This document shows positions 10,185 to 18,649 of a DNA stretch of 64,000 nucleotides, in pieces. A program made the translations under genes and the position numbers. The stretch is from Flavobacteriales bacterium (GTDB lineage Bacteria; Bacteroidota; Bacteroidia; Flavobacteriales; UBA7312): positions 1,121,560 through 1,185,559 of the forward strand of contig CBDIDR010000001.1 in NCBI GenBank assembly GCA_965277895.1. The letters are read 5' to 3'. The notes under the pieces are model-generated. The model worked only from the letters and a program-made list of their open reading frames with translations, ran no database searches and had not been told where the DNA came from. Numbering within the stretch: the stretch's first letter is position 1; every line of letters starts with the position of its first letter.

Positions 10185-11105
10185 ATGATTGATAGAAAAC
10201 ACATAGAGAAATTTGAAAATTTAGAGCTGCTTGCCAACCAGGTAGTAGAAGGCTTTATTACTGGACTTCATAAAAGTCCTTTTCATGGGTTTTCAGTTGA
10301 GTTTGCAGAGCATAGACTTTACAATTCAGGAGAAAGTACGCGTCACATTGACTGGAAGTTATTTGCTAGAACAAATAAGTACTTTGTCAAACGTTACGAA
10401 GAGGAAACAAACCTTAGGTGTAGGATAATCATTGATCAATCGTCCTCTATGTATTTTCCTAAAGTTGAATCCCCCTCATTGGAAAGCCCTAATAAGGTCT
10501 TTTTCTCGGCAGTTTGTTCTGCTGCTCTAATGAACCTTCTAAAACGCCAAAGAGACGCTATCGGTTTAAGTGTTTTTTCTGATAAAGTTCATCTTCATAC
10601 TAATGAAAAGACGAGTACTAAACATCATCAGTTTTTGATGCATCAGATCGATGGTATTATCAATGATTCCTCTACTATGAAAACGTCAAGAGTTACTGAC
10701 GCTCTGCATCAGATAGCTGAGAATATTCATCAACGTTCTTTAGTGATACTATTTAGTGATATGATGGATAATTCTGAAAATAATGAGGAATTGTTTTCAG
10801 CACTACAGCATTTAAAATTTAATAAGCATGAAGTGATTTTGTTTCATGTAATGGATAAGTCTAAGGAATTGGATTTTGAATATGAGAACAGACCATACAA
10901 ATTTGTAGATATGGAAACAGGAGAGGAGTTAAAACTATCTCCCAATGAGGTTAAAAAGAACTACAAAGAACAGTCGCAATCTTTTCTTAAAGAGTTAAAG
11001 CTTAAGTGTACTCAATACCGAATAGATTTTATTGAAGCAGATATTAATGAAGGTTTTGATAATGTCTTGTTATCTTACCTTGTCAAACGTTCAAAATTAT
11101 ATTGA
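10185..11105 (+). CDS. DUF58 family protein (VWA-like, MoxR-associated)
   Basis: GLHKSPFHGFSVEFAEHRLY, IDWK, IDQSSSM, ILFSD. Confidence 0.9.
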   Translation: MIDRKHIEKFENLELLANQVVEGFITGLHKSPFHGFSVEFAEHRLYNSGESTRHIDWKLFARTNKYFVKRYEEETNLRCRIIIDQSSSMYFPKVESPSLESPNKVFFSAVCSAALMNLLKRQRDAIGLSVFSDKVHLHTNEKTSTKHHQFLMHQIDGIINDSSTMKTSRVTDALHQIAENIHQRSLVILFSDMMDNSENNEELFSALQHLKFNKHEVILFHVMDKSKELDFEYENRPYKFVDMETGEELKLSPNEVKKNYKEQSQSFLKELKLKCTQYRIDFIEADINEGFDNVLLSYLVKRSKLY

Positions 11106-11123
11106 GTTTTTTTTGTGATTATC

Positions 11124-11155
11124 TTGTAAGTAATTCAAAAAACAATTTATATTTG
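11124..11155 (+). promoter_or_regulatory. Promoter of tRNA-Asp
   Basis: TTG (11124-11126), 21-nt spacer, TATATTTG (11148-11155); fits the Bacteroidota -33/-7 consensus. Confidence 0.7.
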
Positions 11156-11192
11156 CACCTCTTCAATTTTGAAGTTGTTCTTTTATAGAAAC

Positions 11193-11269
11193 GGTCTGGT
11201 AGTTCAGTTGGTTAGAATACATGCCTGTCACGCATGGGGTCGCGGGTTCGAGTCCCGTCCAGACCGCCA
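11193..11269 (+). tRNA. tRNA-Asp (GTC)
   Basis: GGTCTGG...CCAGACC acceptor stem, D-arm AGTTGGTTAG, anticodon arm CATGC-CTGTCAC-GCATG, T-loop GTTCGAG, encoded CCA. Confidence 0.98.
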
Positions 11270-11277
11270 ATAACATT

Positions 11278-11312
11278 CCCTCATTCTCTAGTAGAGTGAG
11301 GGATTTTCTTTT
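11278..11312 (+). terminator. Intrinsic terminator after tRNA-Asp
   Basis: ccctcattct-ctagt-agagtgaggg stem with one G-U pair, then attttctttt. Confidence 0.75.
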
Positions 11313-11424
11313 GTTGGGGGGGAAGGATATGGGGAAGAATTTTATATCTAGAATCTATTTCAAACTAAATAATTTTACTTTTAATTAAATTAATTATTTA
11401 AAGTTAAAATCATTGTTGGTAAGT

Positions 11425-12123
11425 TTATTTATTAAATGTTTTTGAAAGTGCTGAAGCTAACAAACCTGTTGGAACGGCAATCATACCCATACCTATAAAG
11501 ACAATGAATGTTGTAAATAGTTTGCCACCAATTGTTACAGGATACATATCGCCATAACCTACTGTTGTAAGAGTTGTTACTGCCCACCACAATGAATGGA
11601 AAACTGATTTAAATGCTTCAGGTTGTACAGGGTTTTCAAAATAATATATACCAACAGCTGAAACATACAGCAAAAAAATAGTCCCAACTATAAATACGAT
11701 AAGTTCATTTTTAATTGATTTAAAAGCATCTGTTATTCTATGAATTGCTTTATTATACTTGAATAGTTTTAACACTCTAAATAGTCTAAATAATCTAAAT
11801 ATTCTGATTGACCTTAAGTCAATTCCTGAAGTTAAATAAAATGGTAAAATAGCAAGGATGTCAATAATTCCGTAGAAGCTAAATAAGTAACTTCTACGAG
11901 GTTTTGTAAGCCAAAATCTAAGAATATATTCACAACTAAAAATAACAACACAAAAGAGCTCAAATCCATTTAAAATTGATTTATACTTATGATCTAAATC
12001 AGGAAGTGTTTCAATTGAAAATGATAGAAGTGATAAAATAATTAATGATTGAATAAAAAAATCAAAAAATCTACCAATTCTAGTGTCAGATTCTATTATT
12101 ATTTTGTATAATTTTTTCTTCAC
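11425..12123 (-). CDS. Voltage-gated-type K+ channel (ion transporter, 6TM)
   Basis: S4-like RSIRIFRLFRLFRVLKLFK; pore SLWWAVTTLTTVGYGD. Confidence 0.9.
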   Translation of the reverse strand: MKKKLYKIIIESDTRIGRFFDFFIQSLIILSLLSFSIETLPDLDHKYKSILNGFELFCVVIFSCEYILRFWLTKPRRSYLFSFYGIIDILAILPFYLTSGIDLRSIRIFRLFRLFRVLKLFKYNKAIHRITDAFKSIKNELIVFIVGTIFLLYVSAVGIYYFENPVQPEAFKSVFHSLWWAVTTLTTVGYGDMYPVTIGGKLFTTFIVFIGMGMIAVPTGLLASALSKTFNK

Positions 12124-12145
12124 TTCTTACTTATAAATTATCTGT

Positions 12146-12715
12146 TCATTTTTGAGATTTATATGATTCCGTCCAATCTTTTAAATTGTCTTTAACGGAA
12201 AGATGTAATTCCCATATCTTTTTCTTTTTACTTTTAAAAATTCCTTTAGGCTTAGGCGGAAGTATAAATTCATTGTTTAGTTCAACAAAAAAGTCAAATA
12301 AACTATTATCCAATTCATCCACTTTTTGAGCTAAATCTTTTTTATCAAGTTGCTCTAAAGCTACTTCAACTTTTTTTAGTTGAGGTCTCATCATAACAAA
12401 GTTTTCCATTAGATCTAAAATTTCATGAACATTTATAACGCCATCAGATTGAGATTCTTCAACTAAATCAAAAAAAGATTTATACATATTTTGAGCTACA
12501 TTAAAAGTAGCCACAGCTCCTTTAACTTGCCATGTTTTACATATTTTTTCCAATTGATTTTTATAGTTTCGACCTCCTGTATTTGCTCCCAAATGATTAA
12601 TCACTCTAATTGGTGTCGAATGTTTATCACCTAATAAATTATTAGAAACAGCTTTTCCGTAATTTCTACCAACTTCTCTTACTATCGAACGAACAAAAAC
12701 ATTACCTAATCCCAT
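12146..12715 (-). CDS. Hypothetical protein
   Basis: 189-aa ORF with TATGTTTG (-7 element, 12732-12739 on -) just upstream; no family recognised. Confidence 0.75.
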   Translation of the reverse strand: MGLGNVFVRSIVREVGRNYGKAVSNNLLGDKHSTPIRVINHLGANTGGRNYKNQLEKICKTWQVKGAVATFNVAQNMYKSFFDLVEESQSDGVINVHEILDLMENFVMMRPQLKKVEVALEQLDKKDLAQKVDELDNSLFDFFVELNNEFILPPKPKGIFKSKKKKIWELHLSVKDNLKDWTESYKSQK

Positions 12716-12956
12716 AATTTTTTATTTTAATCAAACATAATCATAATCTACATTTTAATCAATTTAATTTCACATTTACGGATATTTAATATGATTGTTG
12801 AATATTTTAAGTTAATGTCAATAACTATGACTTTATCCTTTCTAGTTCTTGTTGTAATTTAGAACCATGAAAGAAATCGATATTATTATTACGAGAAAGA
12901 TTGAGGCTTTATTAAACGAAAGATTTGAGGCTATTGAAAGAAAATATAATAAAGAA

Positions 12957-14207
12957 TTATTCTATAATTATTTTCTTTTCTACTGAACCGTCATTATAAA
13001 TTTCAATTACTGGTTGATTTTTAACATTTGTCTTTCTGCCAAATAAATCAAATTCTGAAATTTTAAATTTATTAGTGAGCTTTAAATCATCTAAAGAAGT
13101 CATATTGCAATCTTCACTAAAAAAGTGTTGAGTATCTATTTCGAACCAATTTTCAGAAGACCATTGACTATCATCAACATTTATACAAAATAAATCAGGG
13201 TTATCTGTTAAATTAATAATCATCTCAGCATTATTTCCATTTCTTAAATCTAAACTATTCAGATTATTATTATCACATCTAAAATCTTCTAATAAGATAT
13301 TCGATGATAAATCAATTTGAGTTATTTGATTCTCAAAACACCACACTTGAACAAGTCCAGTATTAGAAGAAATTTCTAATTCGGTTAGATTGTTTTGATG
13401 AACATATAGTGTATCAATAAGTAAATTATTACCAAGGCTTAAAAATGAAATTTGATTATTTCTACAATTTAATATATTTAAATTCATATTTAAATGTAGA
13501 TTGAGTGTAGTTAGAAAGTTGCTATGGCATAATAGTATTTCAAGATTTGTATTATTAAATAGATTTAAATTTTCTATTTCATTATCACCACAATTTAAAT
13601 AAGTTATTTCGGGGTTTTGATTTAAGTTCAATTCTATTAGCTGATTATTTCTAATATCTAACTCTTTTAATAAAGTATTATTTTCAAGATTAATTTCAGT
13701 AATTTGGTTGTTTCTCAGGTGTAAAAATTCCAATCCCAAACAATTGTTAACAATGATACTTTCAAGATTATTGTTGTTTCCATTAATATCCACTAGATTT
13801 AGGTTAGTATCAAAATTGATAGTTTGAAGATTGTTTGATGAAAAATCAATAGAAATTAAATTAATGTTGTTGTCTAAATTTATAATTTCAATACCGTTAG
13901 AACTTATATCTAACTCCGTTAAGTTATTATTTTGACTTAAATCCACATTATCTAGAAAATTGTTGCTGATATTTAAAATTTCTAGATTAGTAAAATCTTC
14001 AATTCCAGTGATGTCAAAAATCATTAAGCAGTTTAAATCTAGTAATGATACTGCTTCAATATTTGCAGTAATTACAGAATCATCCAATATATCATCTAGT
14101 CCTAAATCGATAAGTGCTTGTTCAAAGTTATCGTCTGGAATAAATGTTTGTTGACATAACCCAACATATGGAATCAACAAAATGACTAGAGTAATAATTG
14201 CTTTCAT
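12957..14207 (-). CDS. Secreted leucine-rich-repeat protein with a short variant T9SS-like C-terminal tail
   Basis: Start moved to ATG 14207 (MKAIITLVILLIPYVGLC|Q signal; TAGATTTG at 14229-14236); IPDDNFEQALIDLG cap; ~21-aa LRRs; tail DLFGRK...IEIYNDGSVEKKIIIE. Confidence 0.85.
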   Translation of the reverse strand: MKAIITLVILLIPYVGLCQQTFIPDDNFEQALIDLGLDDILDDSVITANIEAVSLLDLNCLMIFDITGIEDFTNLEILNISNNFLDNVDLSQNNNLTELDISSNGIEIINLDNNINLISIDFSSNNLQTINFDTNLNLVDINGNNNNLESIIVNNCLGLEFLHLRNNQITEINLENNTLLKELDIRNNQLIELNLNQNPEITYLNCGDNEIENLNLFNNTNLEILLCHSNFLTTLNLHLNMNLNILNCRNNQISFLSLGNNLLIDTLYVHQNNLTELEISSNTGLVQVWCFENQITQIDLSSNILLEDFRCDNNNLNSLDLRNGNNAEMIINLTDNPDLFCINVDDSQWSSENWFEIDTQHFFSEDCNMTSLDDLKLTNKFKISEFDLFGRKTNVKNQPVIEIYNDGSVEKKIIIE

Positions 14208-14348
14208 ATTTGAATCGATAAGTTCTCTCAAATCTAACAATTTAGTTTGAATAGGGCAGTACAATAGTAGTACTTATGAAAAGACCTTAGGAGCGAACTA
14301 TTACGTCACTAAGTTTATTGGTAGTGATAAGATTGAGTGGGATGTATT

Positions 14349-14377
14349 AAAAAACCCCCACTAAAAAGTGAGGGTTT
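14349..14377 (-). terminator. Intrinsic terminator for the DoxX pair
   Basis: On -: aaaccctcact-tttt-agtgggggtttttt; the single mismatch is a G-U pair only on the minus strand. Confidence 0.7.
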
Positions 14378-14412
14378 AGTTTCAAATAAATGAAATATAA
14401 TTCTAGATTTTG

Positions 14413-14778
14413 TTAGACGTAATTAAATAAAACAAATATTAGTAAAATTAATATGCTGAATGCTGGAAGAGACTTCTTGATTGGGTCTTTTACTTTAAAA
14501 TGCATTGCTAGAGCTCCTAGCATTAACAAAATCATAGACGATACTACATAAATATTAATTTGTTGTTTCCATACCCCAACGATTAATAAAATTGCAAGAA
14601 TGACTTTGATTGTGCCAATTATGTACATAAACCAATTTGGAAGACCATATATGTGAAATTCTTCTTTTAATGAAGTTGCATCCCCACCTCTATATGGTGT
14701 TTTATTATTAAAACGTAGTAACCACACATTTAAGATTGAAAGTGATACTATTAAATTGATGTAAAGTATATAATCCAT
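14413..14778 (-). CDS. DoxX family membrane protein
   Basis: 4 hydrophobic segments, EEFHIYGLP, GALAMHFKVKDP. Confidence 0.75.
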   Translation of the reverse strand: MDYILYINLIVSLSILNVWLLRFNNKTPYRGGDATSLKEEFHIYGLPNWFMYIIGTIKVILAILLIVGVWKQQINIYVVSSMILLMLGALAMHFKVKDPIKKSLPAFSILILLIFVLFNYV

Positions 14779-14790
14779 ATTTTTATTTTT

Positions 14791-15165
14791 TTAAATCTGA
14801 TTGCCTAAAATGACAATAATTGACATAAATATATATAAAATGTTGATAATAATTGCTTTAGCTCCATCGTTTCTTTGAACGTGTAAAATAATTGCAACTA
14901 TCATTGCGGCTATTATAACCAATGATGAAAGACTAATAATCCACGAATATTGATTGAATATTTTTGGAAGAATTAACCCTAATGATGTAGAGAATTCAAT
15001 TATCCCTATTAACAGTAGCTGATTTTTTGATAAGCTATCTACATACTCCATTTCTCGCCCACCTTTATGTTTTAATTTTTCTTTTGAAAACACAAGTTTT
15101 GGGATAGAATAGTATAGCATTGCCAAGGCAAGAAAGATTTGAACTACAAAAGTTATTAGAACCAT
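14791..15165 (-). CDS. DoxX family membrane protein
   Basis: 4 TM; PKL, IGIIE...GLILP, AMIVAIILH. Confidence 0.7.
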   Translation of the reverse strand: MVLITFVVQIFLALAMLYYSIPKLVFSKEKLKHKGGREMEYVDSLSKNQLLLIGIIEFSTSLGLILPKIFNQYSWIISLSSLVIIAAMIVAIILHVQRNDGAKAIIINILYIFMSIIVILGNQI

Positions 15166-15380
15166 TTATTGAATACTTATTAAGAATAATTCCTTTTAAA
15201 AAACTATTTAGTTTTTTGTTATGTCCAACAAATAAAGTGCAAAAAAACATAAGATTTACTTATTGCATCCTTAAGTTTATTGATTACAACAAGACTGATC
15301 TATTTATATTAAACTTTAATTAAATCAAAAGTTTTTTACTTTGACAACTAATACTATTTTTGTCTTGATTAAAACATACG

Positions 15381-16403
15381 ATGGGCGCATTATTTTTTTA
15401 TCTTTTCATTGCTTTATTTATATCTTTTATTTGTTCACTAACTGAAGCTGTTCTTTTATCCATTAATCAGTCTTACTTAGTTACAATAAAAAATAAATAC
15501 AAATGGGCCAATTCATTTTTGAATTACAAGCAAAATGTTGATAAGCCATTGTCTGCAATTTTAGCACTAAATACAATTGCACATACAATTGGAGCTGCTG
15601 GGGTTGGTGCAGAAGCCACTAAACTTTTTGGAGATACATCATTAGGAATAGTTTCAGCGATATTAACTTTTCTCATATTAATTTTCTCAGAAATAATTCC
15701 CAAAACACTTGGTGCTAAATACTGTAAGAATTTGTCAAAATCTACTTATTTTTTAATCAAGTGGATGATATTTTTAACATATCCATTGGTTGTAATTTCA
15801 TTTAAAGTAACTCAGCTTTTTTCTAAAAAAACAAATACTATAATCTCAAGAGAAGAATTATCTGCTATGGCAGATTTAGGTTTTAATGAGGGTATCTTCT
15901 CAGAAGATGAGAATAGAATCATTCAAAATATTTTAAATTTAAAAAAGATTAAAGTCACTGAAATTTTAACACCAAGAGTAGTCGTTGTTTCTGCAAATGA
16001 AAACCTTTCTCTAGAATCCTATTTAGAGCAAAAACCCATTTCAAATTTTTCGCGAATTCCGTTATTTTCTGAACAAAAAGAAAAAATTACTGGATATGTT
16101 TTATTACTTGATTTACTGAAAAACAATTCTGATGAAAATATATCTAAAAAGACATTGAAAGATTTTAAACGTGATATTTTAACTGTACCAAATACCATTA
16201 ATCTTTTCGTTTTATTCAATCGATTGGTGCAAAAAAAAGAACATATCTCTATAGTTGTTGATGAGTATGGTGGATTCGATGGAATTATTACAATGGAAGA
16301 TATTATTGAAACTTTATTAGGATTAGAGATAGTCGATGAAAGTGACCAGGTAGCTGATATGCAAAAATATGCTAAGCAAATTCGAAAAGATAATTTATCT
16401 TAA
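15381..16403 (+). CDS. CNNM/DUF21 + CBS-pair protein (CorB/HlyC family Mg2+ transporter)
   Basis: SFICSLTEAVLLS, NTIAHTIGAAG, SEIIPKT, ILTPR, FSRIP, VVDEYGG, EIVDE. Confidence 0.88.
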   Translation: MGALFFYLFIALFISFICSLTEAVLLSINQSYLVTIKNKYKWANSFLNYKQNVDKPLSAILALNTIAHTIGAAGVGAEATKLFGDTSLGIVSAILTFLILIFSEIIPKTLGAKYCKNLSKSTYFLIKWMIFLTYPLVVISFKVTQLFSKKTNTIISREELSAMADLGFNEGIFSEDENRIIQNILNLKKIKVTEILTPRVVVVSANENLSLESYLEQKPISNFSRIPLFSEQKEKITGYVLLLDLLKNNSDENISKKTLKDFKRDILTVPNTINLFVLFNRLVQKKEHISIVVDEYGGFDGIITMEDIIETLLGLEIVDESDQVADMQKYAKQIRKDNLS

Positions 16404-16457
16404 GCATAAAATAGATAGATTTTTCTGATGCCTTCTCAATCAAAAATTGAGGCTTAA

Positions 16458-16658
16458 ATTTTCCAGCCACCTAGCTTAATTAGACAAGCAGAATTGATGA
16501 GAACAGCTGAAAAGCTAAGTGTTAAATTTTTTAACAGACTGACTGCTTTCGGAGTTTTAAAATCATTAAAACCACTGCATGTTAAAGACTTAGCATTAAA
16601 AATGATTAATGAAGCAAAATCAAGTCAATTAGATAAAATTAATGTGTTTTCGAACTAG
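16458..16658 (+). pseudogene. 3' remnant of a probable NAD(P)H-binding (YraR/TIP30-like) oxidoreductase gene
   Basis: Frame IFQPPSLIRQAELMRTAEK...LKPLHVKDLALKMINEA...* is preceded by an in-frame stop and has no Rossmann N-terminus. Confidence 0.5.
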
Positions 16659-16685
16659 CGATAACTAATACTGAAACAAGAGGAT

Positions 16686-17087
16686 TTAGTTTATGTACCC
16701 ATTTTCTCCACCTCTTCCATCTTTTCTCCCATTTAAGTAAACGTCTTTGGTACTATCATTTACTGTGCTAAAGAGTGTCATATTTATTGAGGTATCAGAT
16801 GTCCAACTGTATTTAGCTTTGTTAAATGAATTTTCAAGCTTAAAGCCGGCATGAAATTTGGCTGTAGAATCAATTCCGATATAGCACATACTTATAAAAT
16901 ATATACTGTCACCATTATTCATTTCAGTTTTATGAACAAAAACATCTTTATCATCCATTGTGCTATTAACAAAGTTATCAGCAAAAGAATTACGGTTTAT
17001 ATCAATTGTAATTTCTTCAGAAACGCTAGAGTTAGGTTCTGAACAAGAACTTACTATTAAAACTAGAAGTAATACGTATTTATACAT
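16686..17087 (-). CDS. Hypothetical lipoprotein
   Basis: MYKYVLLLVLIVSS|C lipobox-like leader. Confidence 0.7.
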   Translation of the reverse strand: MYKYVLLLVLIVSSCSEPNSSVSEEITIDINRNSFADNFVNSTMDDKDVFVHKTEMNNGDSIYFISMCYIGIDSTAKFHAGFKLENSFNKAKYSWTSDTSINMTLFSTVNDSTKDVYLNGRKDGRGGENGYIN

Positions 17088-17096
17088 CTTGTAAAA

Positions 17097-17261
17097 TTAA
17101 TCAATTTTTTCTATTTCTAATAGAATATCATTTGCTTCCTTCTCAAGCTTATCACTTTCTTTTCTATTAGTTCTGGAAAGCTTAAAAGCTTGTTCTTTTT
17201 TCTTATTGTAAGCCTCTATTAGCTTTTCTTTTTTTGATTTTTTTTTGAAAAGTCCAAACAT
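17097..17261 (-). CDS. Small 54-aa helical protein (resembles the Lacal_2735 family)
   Basis: Below the ORF-track cutoff. MFGLFKKKSKKEKLIEAYNKKKEQAFKLSRTNRKESDKLEKEANDILLEIEKID* fills the gap between two minus-strand genes. Confidence 0.75.
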   Translation of the reverse strand: MFGLFKKKSKKEKLIEAYNKKKEQAFKLSRTNRKESDKLEKEANDILLEIEKID

Positions 17262-17277
17262 ATTTTTAGTGTTTTTT

Positions 17278-18573
17278 TTATTGGAGTATCAGTTTGTGAT
17301 TGCTTATGCCGTAAGATGTTTTAATAGTTAGGTTATAAACCCCTGTCGAGTAGTTAGATAAGTCTATTTGAGTATAAAACTCACCAATAGATTGGGTTGA
17401 TTCAATATATACTTGTTCACCTAAAACATTAGTCACTATAATTTCAGATTTAGAATCTGTGTTAAGTTCTAGATTGAAAATGTTTGAAGATGGGTTAGGA
17501 TATATATTAATATCTAAGTTAGTTTCATTGATAGAAGTAGCATTACAATTAGCTTCACATTCTTCTAGAGATTGATACATTCCTGAACCATCCATAGGGT
17601 CTGTACAAGCATCTTCAATGCAGTTCCAGCTATCTTCAACTACACCAGAGCAATTGGCTTCACATTCTTCTAGTGATTGATACATTCCTAAACCATCCAT
17701 AGGATCGACACAAGCATCTTCAATACAGTTCCAGCTATCTTCAACTACACCAGAGCAACTTGCATCACATTCTTCATATGTAAAAAACTCTCCTGAACCA
17801 TCCATTACTACCAAGCATTCGCCAGGTGATATACAATCATAAGTGATTTGAATTATTGTTTCACACATAAATTCACATTCTTCAAGAGAGTCGAATTCTC
17901 CTTGACCACTCATATCTTCAAAGCATGACTCATCCATACAATACCAAGAACTTTCGTTATCGCATTCAACCCATTCAGAAGCATCAAAGGAAGCAGACTC
18001 AAGGTTAATTATACCATCTGGTCCTGATAAAGAAAAAGAATTTGGAGTAATATTTAAGACTTCCACATTTATTTCAAAGCCATCATCAAATAAAGTCATA
18101 GAATTTCCATTTAATTCATAGGTATATTCTTCGAGTTCATAACAGTCTTCTTCATCAAATATATATATAGTAAAATTGTTGGAGGTAATTTCTACATAAT
18201 CGCCAATATCGGCATACCATTGACCTTGTATTGGATTTCCTTGAACAGTAATAGTTCCTTTCATACCCATTTGAACATGAGGTGTGCAGACATAATAGTG
18301 TGTCCCAACTTCCTCAAATACAACATAACCATCCGAATATAACTCAAAACCTCCATTGGATGCAGTGCCATCACTGTTGTACGTCTCTTCAGATACTTCA
18401 ACAGCATTATGTGAGCTTAAGTTTTCAAAGTAAACGGTATCTCCTAGATTTATAGTTAAGTCTGAGGGACTGAAAATCATATAATCTGTTGCATCAACAT
18501 TGTGTGATGTTGGAGTTTGTGCAATAGAAATAAATGGAAATAATAAAACGAATAAGGTGTATAAAGGTTTCAT
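17278..18573 (-). CDS. T9SS-secreted protein with an N-terminal cupredoxin (type-1 copper) domain and four-Cys repeats
   Basis: Signal SIA|Q; FSPSDLTINLGDTV, HNAVEV, YYVCTPHVQMGMKGTITV; 4 Cys-rich units; type A CTD IYPNPS...HKLILQ; TATATTTG at 18596-18603 on -. Confidence 0.85.
   Translation of the reverse strand: MKPLYTLFVLLFPFISIAQTPTSHNVDATDYMIFSPSDLTINLGDTVYFENLSSHNAVEVSEETYNSDGTASNGGFELYSDGYVVFEEVGTHYYVCTPHVQMGMKGTITVQGNPIQGQWYADIGDYVEITSNNFTIYIFDEEDCYELEEYTYELNGNSMTLFDDGFEINVEVLNITPNSFSLSGPDGIINLESASFDASEWVECDNESSWYCMDESCFEDMSGQGEFDSLEECEFMCETIIQITYDCISPGECLVVMDGSGEFFTYEECDASCSGVVEDSWNCIEDACVDPMDGLGMYQSLEECEANCSGVVEDSWNCIEDACTDPMDGSGMYQSLEECEANCNATSINETNLDINIYPNPSSNIFNLELNTDSKSEIIVTNVLGEQVYIESTQSIGEFYTQIDLSNYSTGVYNLTIKTSYGISNHKLILQ
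17546..17757 (-). repeat. 2 x 105-bp near-identical coding repeat (SGVVEDSWNCIEDACxDPMDGxGMYQSLEECEANC)
   Basis: Direct comparison of the copies at 17546 and 17651. Confidence 0.9.
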
Positions 18574-18649
18574 AAATAAACGGTTTAGGTTTCTTCAAAT
18601 ATATTAAAAGCTTTCTAGTTTTTAACTTTAATGAGTTTGAAGTCTTAGA

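Noticed and set aside
11313-11337. G-rich patch after the tRNA terminator (possible G-quadruplex or att remnant)
   Set aside because: Irregular G-runs and no second copy found, so no function can be supported
12860-12956. Short frames and a small direct repeat (gaaagatt(t)gaggct x2)
   Set aside because: Too short and unrecognisable; may be gene debris
14251-14364. Start-less frame IGQYNSSTYEKTLGANYYVTKFIGSDKIEWDVLKNPH
   Set aside because: No start codon and no recognisable family; overlaps a terminator
11270-17261. Integron cassette array or prophage after tRNA-Asp
   Set aside because: No integrase, no recurring attC-like palindromes, no phage genes and no att duplication found by eye
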